NCBI GenBank assembly: GCA_964344635.1
Contig: CAYFOE010000005.1
Location: 1 to 52,949, forward strand
Source: Candidatus Woesearchaeota archaeon
Lineage (GTDB): Archaea > Nanobdellota > Nanobdellia > SCGC-AAA011-G17 > UBA489
DNA length: 52,949 nt
Direction: 5' to 3'
Made by a program: the position numbers and the translations under genes. This document shows, piece after piece, positions 26,084 to 36,028 of this stretch (within the stretch, counting starts at the first letter, position 1; the number at the start of each line of letters is the position of its first letter). The notes below the pieces were generated by a model, which was not told the origin of the DNA, ran no database searches, and saw nothing but the letters and a program-made list of their open reading frames with translations.

Positions 26084-28459
26084 CTATTTTGTCTTTAGTA
26101 AATTATGAACCTTAAAGAATACGAAAATGATCAACAGAACTAAGATTCCATTTAGAACTAAACTTACAGGTGATGCTTGCATCCCACATACATTTTCCGA
26201 ACATAAATTTGATTTACATTCCGCATCAACCGAACAAGATTCACTATTATCCTTCTTTGCAATAAGACTTTGAGGAGCACTACAATATGCTTCATCCAAA
26301 GACTCACCAACCTTCATACAAATATTATTTCCTTCACTGTCAGAATAATCACAACCAAAAGGACAAGTTGTTGCTTGAGTTGTAGTTTCTTGTGTAGTCT
26401 CCTGAGTTGTAAGTTCTTCACCTAGAAGTTCCAAAGTACATTCCGCCAAACACGATCCACCACAATCAACACCCTCTTCATCGAAATCTTGAATCCCATT
26501 AGAACAAGAAGCCAATTCACAAGGGCCACACGATCCACCACAATCCAATCCAGTTTCGTCACCATTCTGAATTCCATCCGAACAAGAAGTTTGAGTCTCT
26601 CCAACGGTTGTAGACTCAGTAGATTGTTGCAATAACTCAATCTGTACATCTGCAAACCTTTGCTCAAGAGGATAATTGATTTCTAAGTTCCCCGAATTAC
26701 TACCACTTACCGAGGTTACCAAGTAAAACTCTGCACCATAATCACTCATTCCAGTGTAAGTATCCGATTCCCCATTCATAACTATATTAGTGAAACTAGC
26801 AGAAGGAATTCCAACATTAGAACCGCCAGTCAATTGGAAAGTAGTGGTCTCATCAGAAGTAGATTCTTCAAAAGAAGACGCCTTCGTAGTCATTTGTAAA
26901 CTATAAGGAGTTCCAGGAGTATTTGAATTTCCCAAATCAAGAATCCCTCCACCATTAACTATGACATCAACCGAATCTGACTCTACACTACCATCAAGAT
27001 CCAAATCCATCGAAATATTGTACCCAGTTTCATTCTTGATATAGTACCTGAATTGGTTTCCTGAAAGATCAACAGTGCCCTCACCTAGACCTCCCGAAAC
27101 TTCAGTCGTAGAATAAATAGAAGTTATTTCCGAAATTCCACTTTCCAACATCTCATTGAATTTAATCTTGTTATTTATTGTATCTATAGTATTGTATTGT
27201 ATTGCATAAGTCTTATCTGTTTTTGACGAACCTGTCGAAAGGATCATATAATCTCCAGTTTCGATATTGAATGTTGCAGAACTTGCAGACTCAACAATAT
27301 GTGTAGTCTTAGTCCCATCCCCAATTGAACCACCCTGGTGGTAGAAAGGAATTTTGTAAGTCTTTGAATTTTGATTCTCAAAAGTTAAATCATACAAGGT
27401 AGAATCATCTGAAACAATACCAATTTGTGTTTCACTTACTGGTTTGAAACCATTATAGATTATATCCCAATTCCCAATCAGAGATTTTTCGTTATAAAGA
27501 ACATGGGATAATTTTGTACCCTGGCCGACATAAATCTTAGAAGGATTAGTTCCCCTATACTTCAGATTAGTTAAAGAAAATATGTCTGAAGAAACAGAAC
27601 CCTTGAGAAGATTGAAACCCTCAGCCACCTTTTCCCCATTTACAGACAGCCCCTGTTCAAACGTATCATCATTATAAGTATCTTCCAACTCCAATGTTTT
27701 TGCCCCAAGATAAATTGTTGCCAAATCCTTCACAGCACCATCCGAAGTGACGATATTTCTCACCCCTATTACCGTATCATCCGAAAGTTGGTGGTAACCA
27801 TCTTCCTCTAACTGACCAATATCCAAACCATTAACATTCATCCTAATTGTATCTGGCGAAGCAGTTATTGAATCTACCAAAACTTCATACTTTTTTGTCC
27901 CAATAGTGTAAACCTTAGAATCCCCCTCAAAAACCGTATCAGAAATAGAACTTGTTGCAAGGAGAAGCTTAACTTCTGAAGTTGTAGTGTCTATCTCCGT
28001 ATCTATGATTGTATATTCATCTGCAAATAGTTTCAACTTTACATCCTCTAAATCCTCCAAATTATTCGAAGAGGAAATACTACTCTCCAAACCCTTATCA
28101 AAAACAATTTCAAATTCAAAATATGCCTCACCTGAAGAAGTCCCTCCATCAATCTGTATGAATGAACCAATCCCGCTATCATCGGATTTGACATATTGCA
28201 CCGTAGGAGGCGTTAATGAGGTCAGAGCATCACCGAAATGAATGTATTGATATTGTCTGGTCGTTCCCCTATCCGTAATTATGTCAGGAGAATCCAAGGC
28301 AGGCAAGTCTGAAGACGAAATTATTGGAAGAACATCCTCAAAAGATTCCCCTATCTCCACTTGATCGCCAGAATCTTCATATTGAAAAATCTCTGCAGAA
28401 ATCAGCATAGGACTCAAGACTAATACAAAGAATACTAAGACATAATTTTTTGAACTCAT
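26084..28459 (-). CDS. S-layer-like surface protein with Cys-rich repeats and C-terminal TM anchor
   Basis: Signal peptide; acidic S/T/D-rich beta region; two CS[DN]GIQ..DE.G.DCGGSC repeats; TTQE repeats; Cys knot; terminal TM. Confidence 0.75.
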   Translation of the reverse strand: MSSKNYVLVFFVLVLSPMLISAEIFQYEDSGDQVEIGESFEDVLPIISSSDLPALDSPDIITDRGTTRQYQYIHFGDALTSLTPPTVQYVKSDDSGIGSFIQIDGGTSSGEAYFEFEIVFDKGLESSISSSNNLEDLEDVKLKLFADEYTIIDTEIDTTTSEVKLLLATSSISDTVFEGDSKVYTIGTKKYEVLVDSITASPDTIRMNVNGLDIGQLEEDGYHQLSDDTVIGVRNIVTSDGAVKDLATIYLGAKTLELEDTYNDDTFEQGLSVNGEKVAEGFNLLKGSVSSDIFSLTNLKYRGTNPSKIYVGQGTKLSHVLYNEKSLIGNWDIIYNGFKPVSETQIGIVSDDSTLYDLTFENQNSKTYKIPFYHQGGSIGDGTKTTHIVESASSATFNIETGDYMILSTGSSKTDKTYAIQYNTIDTINNKIKFNEMLESGISEITSIYSTTEVSGGLGEGTVDLSGNQFRYYIKNETGYNISMDLDLDGSVESDSVDVIVNGGGILDLGNSNTPGTPYSLQMTTKASSFEESTSDETTTFQLTGGSNVGIPSASFTNIVMNGESDTYTGMSDYGAEFYLVTSVSGSNSGNLEINYPLEQRFADVQIELLQQSTESTTVGETQTSCSDGIQNGDETGLDCGGSCGPCELASCSNGIQDFDEEGVDCGGSCLAECTLELLGEELTTQETTQETTTQATTCPFGCDYSDSEGNNICMKVGESLDEAYCSAPQSLIAKKDNSESCSVDAECKSNLCSENVCGMQASPVSLVLNGILVLLIIFVFFKVHNLLKTK

Positions 28460-28470
28460 TTAAACCCTCT

Positions 28471-28827
28471 TTAATTAAGTCTAAAGAGGACGGTAACCCT
28501 ATAAATATTTTTGCTTGTCTGTTTATTCCTAGAGAATAATGTTTTAGTAACTAAAACCTTGCCCTCCTTGAACCTTGCCTTAAGTTTTTTTCCAATAACC
28601 GCAGCAAACTTTCTTGAAGAAACATAAAAATCCACCCCAGCCTTCAACTCTACAACCTTAGAAATCCTAACCCTATCATTGTTATCGATTAGGTCTATCA
28701 CAAAACGAATAGCTTGTTCATCCTTTGGCCTAATCTGTATTTTTGCCTCATAATAATTTTCATGCTTATCCCCTGGAGGCTTATACTTGTAAGTTAAAGC
28801 TTTATTCGAGAGAGTAGAACTGGGCAA
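28471..28827 (-). CDS. Short NMD3-family protein (C-terminal domain only)
   Basis: YYEAKIQIR, GVDFYVSS, SK..YRVTVLFR; adjacent to DUF424 and aIF-2beta; no Zn-finger part; start uncertain (TTG). Confidence 0.7.
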   Translation of the reverse strand: MPSSTLSNKALTYKYKPPGDKHENYYEAKIQIRPKDEQAIRFVIDLIDNNDRVRISKVVELKAGVDFYVSSRKFAAVIGKKLKARFKEGKVLVTKTLFSRNKQTSKNIYRVTVLFRLN

Positions 28828-29098
28828 ATTTTATACCTCCGATAACAACAATCTCATCCTCATCAATCAACCCACACTTTATTCCGCAACCTATTGCTTC
28901 ATCCCCAACCAAATTAACATTTGTTGCACCATTCAGAATTTCTAGAACTTCCTCTTCATTCAGCAACCTACCCTTGTAAAACTTTTCCGAAATATTCAAC
29001 TCAGAATTTTCATCTGAAACTAACTTACCAATCAGATCCTCATCACAAACCGCAATCACATCAGAGTGATCACCCTTGTGAATATTTACATACATCAT
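28802..29098 (-). CDS. DUF424 family protein
   Basis: VIAVCDEDLIGK, FYKG, AT.VNLVG. Confidence 0.88.
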   Translation of the reverse strand: MMYVNIHKGDHSDVIAVCDEDLIGKLVSDENSELNISEKFYKGRLLNEEEVLEILNGATNVNLVGDEAIGCGIKCGLIDEDEIVVIGGIKFAQFYSLE

Positions 29099-29502
29099 AT
29101 TTTAGATTTTATTGGGTGTTTTGCACCACACGCAGTACACCTAAGCAACATTAACCTTCCTTCTTTGATAACCTTAGTGTCAGGCTTGTCACATTCTTTA
29201 CATAATAAGAAATCCTTACAATACAATTCTATTTTTTTATTGATTAAAGCAGAAGGCAGTTTCCTCCCAAATACTAACCTTGGACCCTCCAAAGTAGCAG
29301 GCGTAGCTAACTCTCTCTGTAAGAACTTTACCAACTGTTCCTTAGGCCTACCCAACTTATCAACAATTTGTTGAAAATTTGTAATTATAGTTTTATTTCC
29401 TTGAACATGCCCCTTAACGACAGGAATCTCGAACCTACTACCCGTATCTTGAACATCCGGTAGCTTTTCCTTAGCTTCCTTAAGTAATTTTGAATAATCC
29501 AT
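29095..29502 (-). CDS. eif2b: Translation initiation factor aIF-2 beta
   Basis: RFEIP, GNKTII.NF, FL.RELAT, C.EC.KPDT...C.ACGA. Confidence 0.96.
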   Translation of the reverse strand: MDYSKLLKEAKEKLPDVQDTGSRFEIPVVKGHVQGNKTIITNFQQIVDKLGRPKEQLVKFLQRELATPATLEGPRLVFGRKLPSALINKKIELYCKDFLLCKECDKPDTKVIKEGRLMLLRCTACGAKHPIKSKI

Positions 29503-29539
29503 AACAAGGCTATGAGAGAAGTGTTTTTAATGGTTTTGG

Positions 29540-30256
29540 CTAGATTACCTTATAATGGCCAGGCTTGTTTTCGTAGATTTCCCCTTCTAAAAGTAATTCC
29601 TTGATTACTGCCTCAGTTACCGAGTCCTCTCTACTGATTATCTTAGAAAGCGCAGAAAGTTCTTCACCAGTTTCGTCATTAGCAACTAAATGCGCAATGA
29701 TCTTTTGCCTAAGCTCTTCATGAGATTCATCCTTAACTATTTCAGGAGAATCATTAACCAAACTATTCTGATTTTGTGCTTGTACAACCTGAGTCTTAGA
29801 AGAAACTTCTTCCTTTTCCGGCTTACCATAAACACTAAGCAATTCCGATCTCCTAATTAACTCTAAATTCGGATCAGTTATTTTTTTAGTTATTTCAGGC
29901 GCAATATATAGTTCATCTTGATATTCCCTAACCCTACCAATTACCAATACTGCATCACCCTTGTTAATCTCTAAAAGGTTATTAGTATCTTCATTGAACG
30001 CTTTGATTCTGATCGTTGAAGAACCATCATCCAAAGTAAATGAAAAATAGTTACCATCTTCACTCTTGAAAACATCCACCACCGTTGCAATAATATTTAC
30101 CCGAGATATCTTTTTATCATGCACCTGAGTAAAACTTGGAATGAAACCATCAGAAGATTTAGACCCGCGTACAAATGTCCCATTATTAAGATTAGATAAC
30201 CAAATCTTGTGAGCAATTTGCCTCTGAATCGGTGTCTGATTTTGCTTAAATTCCAT
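29540..30256 (-). CDS. RPA32-like OB-fold plus winged-helix ssDNA-binding protein
   Basis: SRVNIIATVV, LDDGS.TIR, V.VIGRVREY, C-terminal LL.EGEIYE.KPG.YK; 1 nt after the mcm stop. Confidence 0.8.
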   Translation of the reverse strand: MEFKQNQTPIQRQIAHKIWLSNLNNGTFVRGSKSSDGFIPSFTQVHDKKISRVNIIATVVDVFKSEDGNYFSFTLDDGSSTIRIKAFNEDTNNLLEINKGDAVLVIGRVREYQDELYIAPEITKKITDPNLELIRRSELLSVYGKPEKEEVSSKTQVVQAQNQNSLVNDSPEIVKDESHEELRQKIIAHLVANDETGEELSALSKIISREDSVTEAVIKELLLEGEIYENKPGHYKVI

Positions 30257-30257
30257 T

Positions 30258-32279
30258 TTAGATCTTACTTATGAATCCCCTTCTTGGTTCGTAAATCTCC
30301 CCTTCCCTCTTTAACTTTTCTATTATCTCTTCCACCTGAGATTCAGAGATTTTCTTATCTGTAGCCTCAGCAATGATGTCCTCCATAGGTATAGACTTTT
30401 TGCCCTGAGTTTCAAAAATAGTGATTATTTCACGCACAGTATGGATCTTATTCCTTGTTGAAGCAGTAACCCCCGAGGAAATTCTATCAATATCAATTTG
30501 ACCAGTTTCATGATCGAATCCTACCTGCATCAAACAATACCTCATAATAGAAATTGCTTTCCTCGCATCACTTCTTGTAACCTTTGTAGACAATCTAATT
30601 CTCGCAGAACCCTCCGCCAACCTTACCAATGATTCCAATTGACGAGCAGAAATCGGAATCGGCTTTACTCCTTCCGGATCCCCGGAAGTGGTAGAATTTC
30701 TCAAACCAACATAAAAGTTTTTGATTTCTTCAATAGCCCCAGGAGTCAAACTTGGCGCGACCGATTGTTTTGCATATGCAATATACTTTCTCATAAGGTC
30801 CATCTCTATAGGAGGTTCCTTTGAATAAGGATTACTCTGAATATCCAAAACATGAGTTGCAATCAACGTATCTTTTTCTTTATTAGGCAAGTCGCGCACA
30901 GGGAAAATTAAATCAAACCTGTTAATTAATGCAGGAGGCAAATCAATCTGGCTTGCAATCGGTTGGTATGGATCGAACCTACCCAGCTTAGGGTTTGCCG
31001 CTGCAAGAACTGAAGTTTGAGCTTGAAGCGTTGCATGAATGTTTGCTTTATGAATTGTAACAGTTTGTTGTGCCATAGCTTCATGCATCGCAGAAGTATC
31101 TTCTTCAGACATTTTATCCATCTCATCTAACAGTAAGTAACCACCACTTGCAAGAACAATTGCTCCCGCTTCCAATGCCCACCCTCTGATGAACTCATCC
31201 TTCACTACACTCGCAGTAATACCTGCCGAAGTTGCCGCCCTTCCCACAACATATCTAGCTCTGGGTGCCGCCCCTTCAATGAACTTGATTAATGAAGATT
31301 TCGCCGCTCCCGGATCCCCTACAAGCAGTACATGAATATCTCCCCGGATCTTTTGACCATCCCCAGTTTCTTTCTTTACACCACCCATCAACTGAAGTAT
31401 CAGTGCTCCTTTGATGTCTTCATGTCCTAAAATTGAAGGTGCAATAGACTGTAAAAATTTTTCATACACCTTAGGGTCTTTTGAAAGTTGCCTGATTTTT
31501 GCCAAATCATCTTCATCTAAAACAATCTCATCATAACTCTCTTCTGCAGGCTCCACATAATTTGCCTCCAAACATAAGTCAAATCTTGTCGACTGCCCCC
31601 CCGTCTTAGATGGGATCGGAACCTCCCTAATTATTCCAAAAACAGTAACTCTTGAACCAGGAGTTGTTTTCTTTTCCATTTTCGGTTCAACCAAGTCCTC
31701 CCTAAGGTAAACGGGAAGTCTCTTTGATTGCTCCCCCCCACCAATATTATCTGAAGGTTCTTCAAGGACAACCCTTTGCGAGTCAACTAATGTTTTGTTA
31801 ATCAATTTGAATCTCCCAACCCTCCCACAAGAACACCGGTTAGGCTCTTTGAATTTTTCTTCAACCTGAGGCATGTTAATGTTATTTCCACATGCAGGAC
31901 ATTCAAACTTTGCCGAAACTACCTGAGGCCTTACATCTGAAGACTGCCTTACAATACCCTCAAAACAAATAAACTTGTCAATGTGTTCACTCCTAATATT
32001 CTTGATAAGAATCTGTTGGGATTCAGGAATATTGAATAAACGAACTTTGATATGTTTGTCAGGGATATCGAACTGAGATAAAGCAATTTCTATTGCCCTG
32101 ATTGAATCTTCAGGATCATTTAGGATTTCTTCTGCCAGTGTCGGCTCGAACATAGAAATATTATTAAAATCTATCAATAATGAACGTGCACCCTGTTTAA
32201 CTAAAGAATGGATTTCCTTCTGATAATTCAGCTCCAAAAATTCTTGAAATTTCTCTATTTGTTCTTGTGCATTAACCAA
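30258..32279 (-). CDS. mcm: Replicative helicase MCM
   Basis: Zn finger CPAC..C.C, Walker A GDPGAAKS, LDEMDKM, AAANP, arginine finger NRFD, SARQLE; TTG start. Confidence 0.97.
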   Translation of the reverse strand: MVNAQEQIEKFQEFLELNYQKEIHSLVKQGARSLLIDFNNISMFEPTLAEEILNDPEDSIRAIEIALSQFDIPDKHIKVRLFNIPESQQILIKNIRSEHIDKFICFEGIVRQSSDVRPQVVSAKFECPACGNNINMPQVEEKFKEPNRCSCGRVGRFKLINKTLVDSQRVVLEEPSDNIGGGEQSKRLPVYLREDLVEPKMEKKTTPGSRVTVFGIIREVPIPSKTGGQSTRFDLCLEANYVEPAEESYDEIVLDEDDLAKIRQLSKDPKVYEKFLQSIAPSILGHEDIKGALILQLMGGVKKETGDGQKIRGDIHVLLVGDPGAAKSSLIKFIEGAAPRARYVVGRAATSAGITASVVKDEFIRGWALEAGAIVLASGGYLLLDEMDKMSEEDTSAMHEAMAQQTVTIHKANIHATLQAQTSVLAAANPKLGRFDPYQPIASQIDLPPALINRFDLIFPVRDLPNKEKDTLIATHVLDIQSNPYSKEPPIEMDLMRKYIAYAKQSVAPSLTPGAIEEIKNFYVGLRNSTTSGDPEGVKPIPISARQLESLVRLAEGSARIRLSTKVTRSDARKAISIMRYCLMQVGFDHETGQIDIDRISSGVTASTRNKIHTVREIITIFETQGKKSIPMEDIIAEATDKKISESQVEEIIEKLKREGEIYEPRRGFISKI

Positions 32280-32405
32280 AGACTTACGCCCCCAAAAAGT
32301 AAGTTCTATTGTTGATGGAGGGAGATTTAAATAGATTTTCGTGACTGGGACAATATTTCTTCGAGAATTTATATATAAAGAAAAGGAAAGAAAGAGGGTA
32401 TAACC

Positions 32406-32996
32406 CTATTTCTTGTTTTTAAGCACTTCAATCAATTCAGCTACAGCTTCCTTAAGCTTCTTTTCTGAACGAGTTCCAGTACAAACGATCTTACCGTTAC
32501 TGAATAATAAGAATGTAGCCCTTGTTCCAGCCAACTTGTATACAAGTCCAGGGAATTGCTCCGGCTCATACTCCGTATTTTTCAGTTCCATTGCTAAAGA
32601 GTTTAGATTCAAATCCATACCAATACTACCAGATCCCACCATGTTTTGGACCTCGATTTTAGGTTGAATTTTGATCTTAACATTAACTTTAGCTAAGTTT
32701 TCAATAATCTTGTCAATTGACTCTCTAACTTTTGAAAGAGATCTCGCACCAGTATTCACAATCTTTCCAGACGAAAAAATTAAAGCTGATGTTTTTGGTT
32801 CTCTGATCCTCATAATCAATCCAGGGAATTGCTCTGGGTTGTATTCTGTGTTTGGTAATGTTTCTGCCAACCTAATCAGAGGTATGTCTTGTCCTAGGGA
32901 TGAAGAACATACTATGTTAACAATTCTAATGTCAAGTTTTTGTTTAGAAGTTTTACTTGTTTTTTTAGTTGTTTTTTTTGGCATTTTGGCCCCCAT
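32406..32996 (-). CDS. tbp: TATA-box binding protein
   Basis: Two repeats of EY.PEQFPGL...LIFSSGKIV.TG. Confidence 0.97.
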   Translation of the reverse strand: MGAKMPKKTTKKTSKTSKQKLDIRIVNIVCSSSLGQDIPLIRLAETLPNTEYNPEQFPGLIMRIREPKTSALIFSSGKIVNTGARSLSKVRESIDKIIENLAKVNVKIKIQPKIEVQNMVGSGSIGMDLNLNSLAMELKNTEYEPEQFPGLVYKLAGTRATFLLFSNGKIVCTGTRSEKKLKEAVAELIEVLKNKK

Positions 32997-33083
32997 ATCT
33001 TTTAATGCCTCTTTTTTCTTTAAATAGGGGTCAGGAGGAGTATTTAAAGGTATTTAAATGGCCTAGAACTTGAATTTTTAGGA

Positions 33084-35924
33084 TCAGAGCTTGTTAAATG
33101 CAATTTTGAACTCTGTACCCTTGATTTTATCAGTATTTTCTACATCATATGAGCCATCCAATGCCCCAAATGAGAGATTTACAGCCCCTACTCTTTCCAT
33201 TAGTTGTTCTTTGAAAGGCATGAGGTCATAATCTGCATCAATTACTACAGATATTTCATCTGAAGGAACCAAACCTAATTTTTTCCTTAAGGCTTGAATC
33301 TTTCTTGACACTTCCCTGAAATAACCTTCTTGTTCAAGCTCTTTCGTTATTGTTGTGTCTAGCTCTACCGAAACAGGATTTTCTTTAACCACTGTAACTT
33401 CTACGTTTTTTACATTAACCTCATCTAAAACTAAATCAATCAGTTCTTTGTCTAACTTAATCGGAGAGATTACCTTTGCAACACCCAAGGGTTGCCTTAC
33501 TGAAATCTTTGCCTTCTCCCTTTCTTCCAACATTCTGCTAACAACATCCCTAGTAACAAACATATCCTCACTCAAACTTGAATCTATCAGAGATTCTTTG
33601 AATTTAGGCCAATCTTCTAGGTGAACCGACTCCTTCAAGGAGTGCCCTTTTTCCTTAAGCATTAAATGGATATCTTCTGCAATGAAAGGAGTTATCGGTG
33701 CAATCACCTTCGATAGAGTGTGAAGGGAGTATGCAAGAGTTTGTATCGCATGGGCCTTATCCTCTTCGTCATTTGACTTGAATCTCTCTCTACTTCTCCT
33801 AACAAACCACTTGGAAAGGTCTTCTATGTATGCTAAAATAGTCCTACAGGCTAATGTAGAATCATAGTCGTCCAATGCAACCGTCACTGTTTTTATCATC
33901 AAATTTGTTTCTGAAATCCACCATTTATCCAAAACATTTTCTAATTTAGGCACATCCAATGAAGTTTTATCTCCAAACATATTGTAGAATGTTTTAATAT
34001 TAGATGCAAGCATGATTACTTTCCTATAAACTTCCTTAACCTCATCTTCCTGGAAATTAATATCTTGAGCTTTCATCACAGGAGAAGACATCAAGTAGAA
34101 TCTTAATGCATCCGCACCGAATTGTTCAAATATTTTTTCAGGATCAGGATAGTTTTTCTTTGACTTTGACATTTTAGACCCATCCTTAGCCAAAATATTT
34201 CCAGATACAACCACATTCTTGAACGGAGCTTTGTCAAATAATAAAACCGAAAGTACATGCATGTAATAGAACCATGCCCTAACTTGTCCTACATACTCTG
34301 ATACAAAATCGCAAGGGAAATTATTTTTGAACCAGCCCTCGTTTTCGAAAGGATAGTGCTTTGCTGCAAAAGGCATCGCCCCTGACTCAAACCAACAGTC
34401 TAGAACCTCAGGAACCCTGGTCATTTCTTTCCCACATTTACATTTTAACTTAATATCATCAACTATGTGTTTGTGCAAGTCCACATTATCGTCTAATTTT
34501 TCTATTGCACTTTCTTGAAGTTCCTTTATAGAGCCAACCACCTTAACTTCTTCACAATCCTCACATTTCCATGCAGGAATAGAAGTTGCCCAGAACCTAT
34601 TTCTTGAAATACTCCAATCGGGTGCAGTTTCTACAATATGTTTGAAACTACCCTCCTTAATGTTTCCAGGATGCCAATTAATCTGTTCATTTCTTTTGAG
34701 TAATTGATCTTTGATCTTTTGAATATTCACAAACCATGAATCCACCGCATTATAGAATAAAGGCGTTTCACACCTATAACAGAAAGGGTACTCGTGAGTG
34801 TAGTCCACAGCAGAGTAAAGTAAATTTTTTGCTTCCAAATCTTCCAAGACTTTTTCATCAGCATGTTTAAACCAAACATTTATCCAATCATCAGGCCCCA
34901 AATGTAACTTCCCATGGTGGCCTACGTGTTGAATTACAGGCAGATCATATTTCTTAATCATATCATAGTCAAATTCACCATAGATAGCCATGTGAACTAT
35001 TCCCGTTCCATCTTCTGAAGTAATCTCATCCCCACCGTCAACAATATAGTGTCCTTTTTTGTCAGAATGAATATGGTAAAGGCACTCGTATCCCTTATGC
35101 AATAATTCTTCACCTTTGAACTCTTTGACGATACTGTAATCACCATCGATTGTTTCCAATCTGTCCTTAGCAAGAATTAAGTTTTCCCCATTATGTTCAA
35201 TCTTAACATAATCTAGTTTAGGATTAACCGCCAGTGCAACATTTCCAATCAATGTCCAAGGCGTAGTAGTCCATGCCAAGAAATAAGTATTATCCTCATC
35301 TACAGATTTAAACTTAGCAGTTGCAGTTTTTTCAGTTACAGTCTTGTAACTTTTATCCATAGTAATCTCTACTTTTGATAAAGGCGTTTGACATCTCGGA
35401 CAGAAAGGCAACACTTTCTTCCCCTCATAGATGTATCCCTGATCGTATAATTTTTTGAAAATATTCCAGACAGATTCCATGTAAGAATTGTCCATCGTTT
35501 TGTATGAGTCATCAAACTCTATCCATTTACCCATACGCGTTACTGTTTTCTTCCATTCATTTGCGAAATCTAAAACCTTTGATCGACAAAATTCATTGAA
35601 TTTCTTTATACCCATAGACTCAATTTCTTTTTTCTCTTTCATGCCCAAATCTTTCTCAGCAATATTCTCAATAGGTAAGCCATGGCAGTCCCAGCCCCAC
35701 CTTCTTTCTACCCTAAAACCCTTCATGGTCCAGTATCTAGGGAACAAATCCTTTGAAGTTAAACCCAAAATATGTCCGTAGTGAGGAGTTCCTGTAGCGA
35801 AAGGAGGACCATCATAGAAAACATACTGTTTATCCTTAGGCCTTTCATTAACTGATTTTTCGAAGACCTTATTTTTCTCCCAAAACTCTGCCAATTCCTT
35901 TTCCCTTTCAATATGTTTAGACAT
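33084..35924 (-). CDS. ileS: Isoleucine--tRNA ligase
   Basis: DGPPFATG.PHYGH, GWDCHGLP, WTTTPWTL, DW.ISRNRFW, KMSKS; start set at ATG 35924 (TTTAAA about 25 nt upstream). Confidence 0.96.
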   Translation of the reverse strand: MSKHIEREKELAEFWEKNKVFEKSVNERPKDKQYVFYDGPPFATGTPHYGHILGLTSKDLFPRYWTMKGFRVERRWGWDCHGLPIENIAEKDLGMKEKKEIESMGIKKFNEFCRSKVLDFANEWKKTVTRMGKWIEFDDSYKTMDNSYMESVWNIFKKLYDQGYIYEGKKVLPFCPRCQTPLSKVEITMDKSYKTVTEKTATAKFKSVDEDNTYFLAWTTTPWTLIGNVALAVNPKLDYVKIEHNGENLILAKDRLETIDGDYSIVKEFKGEELLHKGYECLYHIHSDKKGHYIVDGGDEITSEDGTGIVHMAIYGEFDYDMIKKYDLPVIQHVGHHGKLHLGPDDWINVWFKHADEKVLEDLEAKNLLYSAVDYTHEYPFCYRCETPLFYNAVDSWFVNIQKIKDQLLKRNEQINWHPGNIKEGSFKHIVETAPDWSISRNRFWATSIPAWKCEDCEEVKVVGSIKELQESAIEKLDDNVDLHKHIVDDIKLKCKCGKEMTRVPEVLDCWFESGAMPFAAKHYPFENEGWFKNNFPCDFVSEYVGQVRAWFYYMHVLSVLLFDKAPFKNVVVSGNILAKDGSKMSKSKKNYPDPEKIFEQFGADALRFYLMSSPVMKAQDINFQEDEVKEVYRKVIMLASNIKTFYNMFGDKTSLDVPKLENVLDKWWISETNLMIKTVTVALDDYDSTLACRTILAYIEDLSKWFVRRSRERFKSNDEEDKAHAIQTLAYSLHTLSKVIAPITPFIAEDIHLMLKEKGHSLKESVHLEDWPKFKESLIDSSLSEDMFVTRDVVSRMLEEREKAKISVRQPLGVAKVISPIKLDKELIDLVLDEVNVKNVEVTVVKENPVSVELDTTITKELEQEGYFREVSRKIQALRKKLGLVPSDEISVVIDADYDLMPFKEQLMERVGAVNLSFGALDGSYDVENTDKIKGTEFKIAFNKL

Positions 35925-36028
35925 GGTAATGAATGGCCTAATGTGCATTTAAATATCTTATGATAAAACGACCGTATTTACTCTCTAACCCAACAAAACT
36001 TATAAATCGGATCGGATATTCCAAGATC

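Noticed and set aside
32280..32405. Replication origin beside mcm
   Set aside because: No recognisable ORB repeats, no cdc6/orc1 nearby, and the gap is short
34960..35010. Inactive IleRS editing site (GTGIVHMAIYGEFD)
   Set aside because: One residue shorter than usual, but the Thr-rich motif and the Asp are retained; loss of editing cannot be claimed
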